Shown: positions 18,557-30,400 of the stretch, one piece after another | Position numbering within the stretch: position 1 is the stretch's first letter | How the letters are laid out: each line of letters starts with the position of its first letter | Origin: a virus | Lineage: Duplodnaviria; Caudoviricetes | DNA length: 64,000 nucleotides | Strand: one strand, 5' to 3' | IMG/VR virus record: IMGVR_UViG_3300037067_017859 | Span: 45,284-109,283 of that record | Notes under the pieces: model-generated | Seen by the model: only the letters and a program-made list of their open reading frames with translations | Told to the model about the DNA's origin: nothing | Database searches by the model: none | Made by a program: the position numbers and the translations under genes

Positions 18557-18889
18557 TTATAGTGGTTCCTCTATGGGTGGTTCTACAGCCGGATTATCGA
18601 TCGCGGCGATGGCTTTTGCTGTATCGGCCAAAGCGGCAACCTTGTTCTGGATTTCAGTCATTCCCGCCAATACTTCGGGCGGAGTTTGATTGCTGGCGCT
18701 TTTGAGGCGTTCAATGTCTGCTTGAATCTCTGTCAGCACCGGATCCAGAGAGGAAAGTTTTTCGGTAATATCGGTTTTGAAAGCTGCAAAGTCTTCTTGT
18801 AAGCTCATTACTTGCTCCTTAATTTTGTGAATTTCTGGTTGATCCATTCTACCAGAAAAAAATCTGATAATCTTATTTAAAAATCCCAT
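18557..18889 (-). CDS. small coiled-coil protein
   Basis: amphipathic helices; last gene of the lysis block. Confidence 0.7.
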   Translation of the reverse strand: MGFLNKIIRFFSGRMDQPEIHKIKEQVMSLQEDFAAFKTDITEKLSSLDPVLTEIQADIERLKSASNQTPPEVLAGMTEIQNKVAALADTAKAIAAIDNPAVEPPIEEPL

Positions 18890-18895
18890 GTATCC

Positions 18896-19486
18896 CTACT
18901 TTGTATTAAAACTTCGAATTGGACTCTCGAGTGGTTTTTCACCACAAACGCTGTGTGCTTTATAAAAATAATGAGTCCGGGGTGTTAATCCAGTGATAAC
19001 AACCAGATGATCGGTCGTCCCCAAGTTATTGGCCTTCACTGCTAAAAGGCGCGATGGATCGGTCCCATATAGAACCGTCCCGCTGCAATCGGCCGTCGTC
19101 GCCCAAACGATCGTGGCGGCCGTAGATGACACGGAAGAAACATTCAGTTGAACAATATCGGGTCCGGTTTGGATCGCTAAATTGACGGATTGGACCCAAC
19201 CAGTGAGGGTTGTATTCACTTCATTGGAAAAATCACTTTCGTCTCCTGCGGCATTAAACGCAGTTACCGCAAAGTAGTAAGTTCCGGGCCCAAGCCCCGT
19301 TACCGTATACGTTGTTTGGTTGCCTATGACAATGGGTGCGCCATAGGTACGGGTGACGGTCCCAACGTAAACCTTATAGCCGGCGATATTGGGGGAGACG
19401 CTGGCATCCCAGGCAAGATTGACATCGGAAGGGAAAGCCATGGGAACAAATAATAACAGGAATAAAAGAAAGAATATTGCTCTCAT
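18896..19486 (-). CDS. secreted fibronectin type III protein (two FN3-like domains)
   Basis: signal peptide MRAIFFLLFLLLFVPMAF; LAWDAS...GYKVY...YTVTGL...YYFAVTA...ES; second domain ATIVW...YGT...HLVVITGLTPRTHYFY. Confidence 0.85.
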   Translation of the reverse strand: MRAIFFLLFLLLFVPMAFPSDVNLAWDASVSPNIAGYKVYVGTVTRTYGAPIVIGNQTTYTVTGLGPGTYYFAVTAFNAAGDESDFSNEVNTTLTGWVQSVNLAIQTGPDIVQLNVSSVSSTAATIVWATTADCSGTVLYGTDPSRLLAVKANNLGTTDHLVVITGLTPRTHYFYKAHSVCGEKPLESPIRSFNTK

Positions 19487-19502
19487 GGCCTTCCCCATAT
19501 GT

Positions 19503-19715
19503 TTATAACCCAGGATGTTCTTTCCGCCACTCTTCGATTTCCTTGATATTTTCGGCATAGATCATGTTTGACTGTTCAAGGAAATCTCCAATGGTCATAC
19601 TGGGATCCGCATCTTTGATCGCACTGATGATCCTAAAGATGCTTAGAAGCACATTATCGGCGTAGTTAAGCACATCCAGGGTCGTTTGGATCGATTTATT
19701 GGCATCAGTGGCCAT
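19503..19715 (-). CDS. hypothetical protein in lysis block
   Basis: 70 aa; GGAGG SD. Confidence 0.7.
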   Translation of the reverse strand: MATDANKSIQTTLDVLNYADNVLLSIFRIISAIKDADPSMTIGDFLEQSNMIYAENIKEIEEWRKEHPGL

Positions 19716-19717
19716 TG

Positions 19718-20170
19718 TTAGCCTCCCGATACCTGAGATATAACAATAATTGAGGAGATCGTAGTTCTCAGGAGAATAAATCCACCTTCGACCTTTTGTT
19801 TTAGGACCGGATCTTTAATGGCCAAAACAAATTCAATCTTAGTCGGATCCAACGAATCGCTTATTGGCACAAGTAATGCCAGGATTTTCTTGCGACTGTC
19901 GGGATCTAATTTTTGGACCGCATTAAGGACATTCACTATTTGCTGGCCGGCGACATTGGCCCGTTCGCATATTTCCAAAGCCTTGCCGGTATTTTCCACC
20001 GACAGGAATCCAGCCTTCTCCGCGGCAATTATATTTTTCTGAACCTCCGTCAATGTCGTTCCATAGACCGCCATCGACTTGGAAACCTTCATAAGATCAT
20101 TGTCGCTGCATGCCGTCATGCACAAGACAAGACTCAAAATCAAAAAAGACATCACAAAATTACGCTTCAT
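19718..20170 (-). CDS. lipoprotein (spanin candidate)
   Basis: MKRNFVMSFLILSLVLCMTA-C lipobox; AAGGAG SD. Confidence 0.7.
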   Translation of the reverse strand: MKRNFVMSFLILSLVLCMTACSDNDLMKVSKSMAVYGTTLTEVQKNIIAAEKAGFLSVENTGKALEICERANVAGQQIVNVLNAVQKLDPDSRKKILALLVPISDSLDPTKIEFVLAIKDPVLKQKVEGGFILLRTTISSIIVISQVSGG

Positions 20171-20180
20171 GCTTTCTCCT

Positions 20181-20465
20181 TTATTGTTTTGGTTCAACAT
20201 CCGGTTTACTGGATTCTACCACAGGAGGGATTGGATTTCTCGTGGCGGGATCCGATTCATTCGTAACACCAGTCCCAAGCAATCCAATATTTTTGATCAT
20301 ATTGGCAAACACGTTGTTCCCCAAGCCAAGGAGCAATCCACCGATTGCAGCCGGCGCAAGAGCATCACTCCACGAAGTGAGAGTCAAAATCCAGGCTCCT
20401 ACTGTTATGCAAAGCACCATAATAAAAAGAAGTTTCCGCCTATCACTAAGAATCTGAGTTGTCAT
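20181..20465 (-). CDS. holin-like membrane protein
   Basis: two hydrophobic segments; AAGGAGG SD; adjacent to the putative lysin. Confidence 0.6.
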   Translation of the reverse strand: MTTQILSDRRKLLFIMVLCITVGAWILTLTSWSDALAPAAIGGLLLGLGNNVFANMIKNIGLLGTGVTNESDPATRNPIPPVVESSKPDVEPKQ

Positions 20466-20475
20466 CGTTCCCTCC

Positions 20476-20880
20476 TTATTCCTCAATGGTCAGATAGAAC
20501 TGATCCAGTTTCCCGAACTTTAACATGAACTCGTCAAACCCGCCGCCGTTGCCGCAATGAAGGATTGCCGGAACGCCATCCAACACTCCGAATTCTTCTC
20601 CCACAGCAATGCATCCATCAAGCTGCATTTCCTTGTTGGCCTTGTGGAAAAGGATGCGATCATGGCCTTCTACTTGAATTTCAAAGGTCGGGTAGCCACC
20701 CTTATTGTAAAAGTCTTTCTTGCAGAGAAGCCGAACTCCTGCCGGGATTTTGGTGATTTGCCTTCCATCCACCAAATAGGTGCGTTCCAGCGTGAGAGCG
20801 AAGGGAATGTGGTCTTCTCCCATCATGACGCCAAAGGCTCCCGGATCCACCTTTGAAACACGTTTAATAAAGAGGTCCAT
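20476..20880 (-). CDS. DUF5675-family protein, putative endolysin
   Basis: TLE...IPAG...RILFHKAN...GCIAVG (His/Cys motif). Confidence 0.75.
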   Translation of the reverse strand: MDLFIKRVSKVDPGAFGVMMGEDHIPFALTLERTYLVDGRQITKIPAGVRLLCKKDFYNKGGYPTFEIQVEGHDRILFHKANKEMQLDGCIAVGEEFGVLDGVPAILHCGNGGGFDEFMLKFGKLDQFYLTIEE

Positions 20881-20891
20881 GATATAAAATC

Positions 20892-21398
20892 CTATTTTAT
20901 TAATTTATCTGAATGTAAAAGAAGTAGATTCCCGAGTGTACTTAATGCCAGTCCAACGGCGATCCAAATTAGCGGTCGGATTATTCCCCACCATTTTTCG
21001 GAATTCTTTTTCTCAACTTCTTGGCTTCTGATTTCAATCTGCATCTTTTCCAATTCTTGCCTGACTGTTAATGGAACAGGAAAATTCCCTGATGCTAAGG
21101 AAGTAGAAAACTCCTGAATTTTTTCTTTTACCGGGCAATCAATTTTATGATTTCTTATTTCATCTTTGTTTTGCTCGGTGCGGAAATACAATTCCTTAAC
21201 CGAACCATTCAGTTTAGCCAAATGATCGATTACGTGCTTTTGTCCAACATCGAGCGTATTGGTTGAAATCTTAATTTCTACCTGTCCTGCGTTCAAAGTT
21301 ACAATAGAAGATCTTAATTCGTTTAATTCAGCGCACACGTGTACTTGAAATTCTTCAGGAGTCATACGTAAAGATCCTATGTAATAAGCATATTGCAT
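20892..21398 (-). CDS. coiled-coil protein with C-terminal TM helix (holin/antiholin-like)
   Basis: HLAKLNGSV coiled coil; LIWIAVGLALSTLGNLLLL; start may be 21365. Confidence 0.65.
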   Translation of the reverse strand: MQYAYYIGSLRMTPEEFQVHVCAELNELRSSIVTLNAGQVEIKISTNTLDVGQKHVIDHLAKLNGSVKELYFRTEQNKDEIRNHKIDCPVKEKIQEFSTSLASGNFPVPLTVRQELEKMQIEIRSQEVEKKNSEKWWGIIRPLIWIAVGLALSTLGNLLLLHSDKLIK

Positions 21399-21470
21399 GG
21401 GAAGATCCCCAAAACCGCTTCACCCTATCTTCTAACATCTTTTAAGCTCCACACACCGGGTCCGGTATCA

Positions 21471-24400
21471 TTACTCTTCCGGAGGTTCCGGCAGACTTCC
21501 GCTATTATTATCAGGTGGAGACTGCAATTCGTTAGTCTTCTTTTTAAATTTACGGATACCTAACTTTTTTAGGGACTTTTGCGCTGTTGCCAGCATTTTC
21601 ATGTAAGCATTATCTATCCTCCTTCTTTTTTCTTCAGAATCGTATTCTCTATCCTGGATCACCCTATGGATTTCCCGATTAATGCTGTTGAACTTCTCAA
21701 CGGCATATTTTAATTCAAAATACCTATCTTTTTCTTCTCGAGTCAACGGGGGGATATCGAACCGATTGTTTTCCTTTAAACTTTGTTTCCGGCTTCTGTA
21801 CCGAAGATTAATTTCATTCCACAATTCATGAACCTTAGAGATGCTTCTTAGGCTTGCATGTGGGAAGCGCACCGCTATCGATCGAATCAGCGGCGTATCC
21901 GCCAACTGAGCAGTTGGCAGAGCCCCGCCCTTTGGAGGAGAAATGATTTTTGAGACTGGATCCAAAAGAAGCTTAGTTGCTAACCTGGCGCTTCCTCCAA
22001 AAGTGGAAAACATAGCATGCTCAATTTTAACCGGACTCACATGAATGCCTGATTTGGCCAGCAATAAAGCCGTTTGATTCGCAAAATGGCTTGTATACCA
22101 GTTTGATCTGTATTCCGGGAGGTAGTTTTTCTGCATCCACGCGCTTTCGATTTCCCTATTGGTGAAGAAATTCTGATTGCGCCATAGTTCGATTGGAGTC
22201 TTAATAATCGTTGGCAACAAGCTTGGTGTAATGTTAGAAAGAAAATTACGGACAAAATCATCAAACGCCGAAGGATCTTTCGTATCTAAATATTCTGCAA
22301 TTCTCTCAGCCGGCGTTGCATAAAACATTCCCCAACTAAACGGTTTTGGAATTGGTATCCATGGAGTCAATCCACTCAAGCCAGGTATCCCTTTGGTTGG
22401 AAACAACCAGAAGAGATCGCGGAGCCACCAAGGAGCTTCGTGGTATCTTTCATCATCTTTATTCAGATAATAAATAATCAGTGATACCAATTGGAACGCG
22501 GCGCCCTTCAGTAAAGCTTTTTTGGGGTTTCTTTTATGGACGCGCACGAATTTGTCCACATCCTGGATGGCTGCATTAAAAAATGGGATGGTTAGATTCA
22601 TGCCTCTCATCCAGGCGCCAATTCTTTGAAAATCAAGATTTGCTTCTCGAGATGCAAATCCGGCAGCCCGAATGGATTCACCCTTTTCTCTTGATTTAGC
22701 GTAGACGGATACTCGAGTCATTGCCTCGGATATTTCACTTAATATTCTCAAAGTATCTATGGGATGACGAACCGCATATTTGAGTTTCCCTGACATCAGA
22801 TCGCGTAAAGCCAGCTTCATTTCATTCCGGTCCATGGAGGACATAGCCGAATGCGGACCTCCGGATCTCATCCATTCCTTGTACGTGGCGTCTTTCATCA
22901 GAACATGAGCAAGCCCCTTGGCTGTATCCCATCCGGGAACATAGCCAATTTCGGTTTGGGCCCATGCGGTAAGCATATCTCGAGCAATATTACGGGAGGC
23001 GAATTCCGGGTTAATCCCGGTCGCGCCGGTTCTGAGAATTGACGCTGGAATAGCAGCAATTCTCATAAGGATGCCGATGGAATCTTTATCTAATCCTTTT
23101 ACAGCTTCATAAAGGTTTGGCTCAAGCTGATATAAGGTCGGTTTCCCTTTAAAATAGACCGTTATGATATTTTCCTTGGGCGAAGGCACGGCATTGTAAA
23201 CAAATATTGTCGCAAGCTGGTCCAGATTAAGATTCGGATCCGCAATATCAACTCCGGCCGCGGAAAGAGCATTTTTGATTCTCTCTAAAGCAAAGGTCTG
23301 TGGAATAGCTTTTGCCGTTAATGGTCCTGAAATCCATCGGCCGGCGCCATCTTCTTTAGACAAATTTGCGAGAGCCTGGCCGACTAGATTACGTTCCGCG
23401 ACATTGATAAGCGTATATGTGTTTTTAATGATTGATTCCAGCGGATCTATAATCGGGCGCCAGGAACCCGTCATTCCCTTGACTGGTTGCCACAAATCTA
23501 CGGCGCTGGATCCTGATTTTAGCCGACTTTCCGTGGATTTCTCGCCGGCTCCTGCTTCATACATTCTATGGAATGGCACAAAGAACTGGTTGAGAAGTTT
23601 AATATTGATATATTGATCAACTGAGAGCATCCCACAATCTCGGAAATATGTCAGAAGATCATCCTGATATTTATAAAGCTTCATCAGGGTGTCTTTTGTT
23701 ATTTGAGCTTCCGGAGTCATTGCCCTCAATGAATTCACATCAAATGCCAATATAGAAGGATGGCCGGGCATTGCTGGAGTTGTTGCCACGGAGAGAGCGC
23801 TTGGATCAAAACCTTGCTCTATCAAAGATTCCCTGGCTTCCTGGACAGTTATCCCGACTTCGATACCTTTGAGTCCTTTCTTTTCTAATGTTCTCAAAGA
23901 AATGGCCGTAATGCGCAGATCGTCTAATCGATCCTTCATTGGTGCAAGAATCTGCTTCAATCCAGGTCCGAGAATACTATCCAGATCTTTACCAAAAGTC
24001 CCTACTTGAAGGAAATGTTCAGCCCTGGCAGCCCACCCGCTTAAAGCTTGGGCAAGCTTGCTTGGATCCTCTTCCATCCTAATATTACGGCCTTTGGTAA
24101 TAATTTTTACCGCTACATCAATCGGATTAAGATGATTGACTATCCCCGTATAAAGTTTTTCAAACCATCCCAGTTGGTCGTATTGTGGTTCTTGTACCGA
24201 GATATGGGATAGAATTTTTGCTGAACTTGTTTGATCCAACCAGCGTTTATAATCTCTCTGAGCTTCCTTTAAAATTTCCGCGAGATCCTGGTTATGGGCC
24301 AGTTCACCTTCAAACATCAGATGAACGCCAGGGCATAATTGCGCCGCCTGCGCCGGATCAGTAATCCAGTACCGGATATATTCAGCAAATCCTTCCGGAA

Positions 24401-27400
24401 GTTTTGATTGGCCGGCCAGTGGCTTTGTGGCGATCGCCTCGAGTTCCGCCCTATGAGCGACAAGAGGCTGCCAATTGAGTTGTTGTCCGCGTTTCCCCCA
24501 CAAAATCTTATTAATAGCATGCCCGACTTCATGAGCCGCAACGGAAACATCTTGGGCTTTTTTAATCCGAATGGCTGTACTATTTATCTTAAAAATGCCC
24601 AAAGCTCTTTGCCGGAATCGTCCATACCTGATAGGCACCTGGAGCTTTTTCGCCAAATTAGTAAGAATGGTATTCCGACTCACCAAATCTTTCTTATCTA
24701 TTACAGGAGGCAGAGCATATTGTCTCGTTCCTGACGTCTGCGGCGGAGCCGGCAGTATCGGAGCTCCCGGAAGACTGGCCATTGGAGATGTAGGCTCTTC
24801 CTCCACTTTCGGCAGTTCTTCGCCTTCTTGGCTGCGCTTTAATTCATCCATCATTTCCTCAACATAAGGGAAATAATGGATTGCTTCTGCCTGGGATTGT
24901 TCCTTATTAAAATCGGCTTCGCTGTTCACATAATCAGTCACTTCTTCTATAACCTGGTCGACATAGATTCTTTCACTCAACCAACCAGAACTATCTTGCG
25001 TGTTAATCCAATTGAGCAGATGTTTCGCTATCACCGGGTTTTGATGAACAATCATTTGATCATTCACTGTCCCCTGGCCATTTAAAATTCTGTCGATGGA
25101 CTCTTGAGCTTGTTTGAGCCAGAAATCCGCCGCCTGTCGCGCCTGTTCAATAGACTGAGGAACATCTCCGCGGCCAACTTCTATTGACCGGGATCCGTCA
25201 TCACCGACATTGAGACCCATTGAAGCAGAACTTGTCGGCCCTCCACCGCTTGGCGCACCAGGAGTCCCTGTTGGGATAACTCGTACCGGCTTATTTCTTT
25301 CAAAGATTTTGTCGAGGAGTTTTGGCCCTTCAATCTCGTCCAATGGAACAAAAGCCCGGGGACGTCTGGATTCGCCTCCAACAATGATTTCGGTAATAGC
25401 GCCTTGTTCGTGGAGCGTCTTAACCGCGGCTTCACGATATGCCCGAGCAAGGTTGATTTCCATTCGACGCTCCCCATGGATTGGGGGTGTCATTTGGATG
25501 CGCCAATTATTATCCAGTTCTATAGTTGCGCCATCACGAACCATAGTAAATATCGAAAGACCTGATTCTTTAGTGAAATCATTGCCCATCCCAAGTCTGC
25601 TTTTAAGCGGCCCAATCTCATTGGTCCTAACCTGAATTCCAATTATTGGGGAACCATCAGCCAGAACCGCTCGAACAATTCTTAAACTATGGAGCTGTCC
25701 GTCTCCTATAATTTTGTCGTGGATTGGGAAAACTGCGCCAGTGACCATATAAACTGGCTTCCTGGTAGTCTCCGGAATTGCAGCAAATTCTTTTTCCCAT
25801 AAATCCTTTGCTTGTTCCAAGCTTGTCACTGGAGGTCCGGGGAGTCTTTCAGGAGTTACTAATTTTTCCTTCGGGGTTCCTTCGACACGTTCATAATTCT
25901 CATTGAAGTCTGAAACCTCAATTCTATTCTTTGTGAATCGAACAGTCCTAAGATCAATTTTCAAAGCGCCTGTTAAAGGATCGACATAATTATAAGCAGC
26001 CGATATTTTCCCGCTACGCTTATTGGTTACAAACCCAATAAGATCTACGCTTCGAGGAATATTATCCCATTTGAGTTTTTCAGTTTTAAAATCCCCTTCC
26101 ATCTCAAGGAATTTTGTTTCCATATGAGAATTGGGATCTTTATAAATAACCTCTTCTTTTGTGATAACAATATTGCTTCCACGGATTTTTGAAATCCCGG
26201 TATCAAAAGTTCCTTGTTCCTTTGCAACTGCGAGATTGGCCTGATAACGGCTGTAAAAGTTATTAAAAATATCGTTTTGAACGTCGACAGGAAGAACCAT
26301 TATGCGATTCAGAAATCCTTCAACATTTGTGTCGACGCCAGGCTTTAATGATCCATTCGGCGTAAGCCAACCCATAGCATCCAAAATATCCATGCTATTG
26401 CCGAAATCTCCTCTCACTTCATAATTATTATGCGCTAAATCGTGAGTGAGAGACATTAAGGCGGTGCGACCATAACCATCTGTAAGATCTTCAATATCAA
26501 ACAGACTGCCGCCAAGAGATTCCCGGTTTCCTTGTGTCACAGCCCCAAGGCTTGCCAGCCGGCGCGAAACAGCATTTATTAATCTTTGCTGACCCATGAC
26601 ATTGGTTTTAACCAGCATAATCACGGGAGGAGTTACTTGATTGGATCTGTGAGCCCGGCCAAAGAACTGCATTTGTTGATCAGCAGACCAGGACAATTGG
26701 GCGCAATACATTATCCGGCGCTTGCCTTCGGTGGGAATGCCCCTTTCAGATTGAGCCGAAATTCCGGCGCTGCCGGCTCCGGTGATGATCAGAACATCGG
26801 CTTCACCGTTCTGGAATCGGCGCAGTTCTGCATTATTGATTGTTTCCCCGGGTTTCTTCCCGGCCGGCTTGCGGCGCACAAGTTTATTGCCTTCAATTCT
26901 TTCAGTACGACCGGATATTTCGGCTACTTTTCCCCATCCTCCAAGATGATTCGCAATCATATCGATAGGATTATCCGGGAGGTTCAGATACTCGAGTTCA
27001 TTCAGAAGATCTTCTTGCATGCGAAGGTTCTCCTGATTGATTTCTCCAGTTGGCACTTTAATTGTTGATTGCGGGTTGTCCGGGTCCGGGACGTCTTCAT
27101 ATTCATCGAGAGGAAAATAGTTTTCAATATAGGACCGGATCATTTGACGTGGCCCAATATCAATATCTTCAATGCTTTTTCCGGCCGCCTCTGCTTTAGC
27201 GACTTCCTTCCGCATTAATGTTTCGTTTGTGCTGAGAATATTGACAATCGGAGCCATACCCTTTTTAAGGGATTCATCCAAATGAGTTAAAACAGATTGC
27301 ATCTGGTAAGTCGTCATCAGCATCAGGAAAAATCTTTGTTGAGTGCTGTAAAACTGAGAATATCGCGTCCCCCCATGACTCTGATTGGCGTTAGCCTCAG

Positions 27401-30400
27401 CTTCCTCCATTCTCTTTATCAGGGCAGACCATAATTTTGCAGATTTATTGTATTGCTCAAGTTGATATTCATTGAGATCGTGGTTCACATAATCGTAGTT
27501 CACCCCACGGTAACTGATCTGCCGACTTATAAATGATCCAAGGGATTTCAGATCTCGAGAGAGCATCTCCATGGCTCCCAATCCCCCGGCATTCATTGCA
27601 TTCATAAAAGCGTCGAAGTCTGCAAATGCCGTTCCTTGGCCCCATAATCCAAGCCTATTCATGTACCCCATGTTATGGGCGAGAGTGGCCCCGGTAGCAC
27701 TCACATAGAGTATCTTGGCCTTTGGGAACGTCTCAGCAAGCAATAGACCCATCTCGCCGCGGTCGGTGCCGGTTGCGCTCGTTGAAGCTCCACCCTGATT
27801 ACTGCCAACGGCATTTTTCATCGCGTGACATTCGTCAAAGATAATAACGCCTTCGAACTCTTTATCGGCTTCTGTAGGCTGTAGCCAATTGACAATCTGA
27901 TTGAACCGTTCTCTTTTTCCCTTCCAGTCCGCTGCTGCGGTCATATATTGGGTGAAGAGAACTCCTTCGGTATTGTCGATAGGAACGCCCTTTGCAAATC
28001 TGGATTCATTCTGGTGAATAACAGACAAAGGTACGCCTACTCCTCCGATATCTCTTTTGGCATCCTCAAATAATTGTTGAGTGGCTGAAATCCAGACAGC
28101 TTTCTTCTGCCCGGTTTCTCGAAGGTAATGATAAATAATCCCTGCTCCTTCTCTTCCTTTGCCAACTCCAGTCCCATCGCCAATCCAGAAACCGGCAGTT
28201 TTACCATCCGGTAAAGTGGTTCCGAATCTTTGAATTGCATAGGTGATTGCCTCTAATTGGGCAGAACTCAATTGCCCGGTTGATATGACTTCTGCCGGCA
28301 GGTTGAGTTTCACCGTAATATCTGGCGCTTCCACGCTGCCCAAAGTTGCACTTTCAATAAGGTCGGCAGGGTGAGGTTGAGCACCTTTGTAGATAGCCTT
28401 CCTGGGCTGATATTTCACATAAGCATCTGTTTCCTCTTCTCCGAGAACTTTATTCTGCGCATCGAGTGCTATCTCGATGGGAGCCACGTCCCCCGGGCCT
28501 CCAGAAACAGGAGCACCATGTTCTCCGCCCAATCCGGGAGCTTTTTCAATTCGTTCGGCATCGGAAGGTTTTCCTTCAATATGAGTTGGTGGAGGTCCCG
28601 GGATACTCGGTCCGGGTCCTCGCTCTCCGCTTTCAGGAATGTGTCCCAATTCACCGGGTCGAGACTCATTCCCGGTCGGTACGCCAGGTCGCCCTCCGGT
28701 AACGCCAGGCATTCCACCACCAGTTCCGACAGGGGGTTCTGCCGGTCCAATGACTGGCCCCGCAATCGGAGGAGGAGCTTGGATGCTTTCGATTGGCTTT
28801 GGTCTAGTGATTCGTTCATGGATATCCTCTGCTGCAATGGTGCTTAACTTCTCCAAGGCTTCCCCAGGAGTAAGCTGGTGATCCATTAAAACTTTTAAAC
28901 TTCTTTCTGCCCCTGTATCTCCCGGGGTAGGACCAGTTTTATCAATAACGATCAGCCGATTGTCATAGGTGGTTCCCATCTTCTGATAGTAACTACCCTT
29001 TAATCCAAGATCTGCCCGGACGTTGTAATGAGCCTGAACTTGATTCCACCATTTGTTGAATTTTGATCTGTGATGCCCCATCCCTTCACCGACAATAGCA
29101 ACCAGGCGGCCGCCTGGCGCGAGTTTTTGCAGGGCATTCATTACATGCCGGGCGCCAAACTCCATGCCATGCAACTTACCAGGTCCGGCCGAGAATGGAG
29201 GATTCATGAGGATTACATCTGGAGTGTAATCCGATAAGGACGTTCCTGTGGTCGTAAGATGCAATGCATCCACGGTAGTCGTCGGGAAGTTTCTGAGTTT
29301 CAAGACAGTGACGCGGCGTTCATCTATCTCGTTCGCCCTGACTTGGTATCCGTGGATTCTCATCATCGTCGCCAGCATTCCAGTGCCAGCGCTTGGCTCT
29401 AAGCCCAAAAGAGGAGAGCTTGAATTTCCCAAAGCGTATGCGGCTAAGAAAGCTTGCATAGGCGGCGTTGAGAATTGTTGCAAATCAATCTGTTCGGTTG
29501 TCCGATCGGATTGGACGGCAAGACGATTCTGAAGCTCTTCCAGCCGGGTCATGGTTGCTAATGGATCATTAAAATCAACAATGCCGCTTTCTTCGATGTA
29601 TTCCGAAACGGCGCCTTCGAAGACATCATACATATCCCGAAGAGTGTATTTGCCTTGCCCTCGTTCTCCGCCGAAAGCTTCATTGGCCATAGCCTGAAGT
29701 TTTGGATTATTGAACTTTTCTCCATTCACTAAAGCTGTTTTGACCTTATCGAGAAAAACCCTGAATTGCGCATTTCTGGTAATCTCTTCCGGTTGCGCAG
29801 GTTCTTTCTCAACTGGAGGCTCTGGTAAAACATCGAGAATAGTAGGCGGCGTTACTGGAGGAGGCGGTGCAACGAGTTCTTCAGGAACGGGAGGTTTTCC
29901 CGGGGGAGTTACGACTTCCTCTGGTTTCTGTCCTTCGGCCGGAGGAGGCGCAAGAGCTTCTGCTTGTCTGACAACAGATGCCTTTTCTGGATTCAGTACA
30001 ATAATCTGATCAGCCAAAGCTTGACGGAAAAATTTATTATCAGTTTTATCCGCAATCTCTTTTACATTCTTTAAAACGACTGCATCATATTTCTTGGCAA
30101 CCGCCTTCCAGAATTCCGGATTATCACGATAAAAAGCTTGTCCTACCTTAGAGGCAAGAGACTTGATTGCTTGTTCTGAATCCACAACAATTATTTTGGC
30201 CCCGGGATCCAGTCTAAACTCAACCGATTCGAGTTGAGTTTTTTTGACTTGAGCTCCTACCTTTGCTTTCCATTTTTGCGCCTCATAATCATAGAAAAAC
30301 TCAGCGCCTTTTGATTTCAACTCCTTTTCATTTTCAAGAGTTATATCAACGGTTACATCTTCTCCTTCCCGGCTTAATACCGATGACCATGTATCATCAT

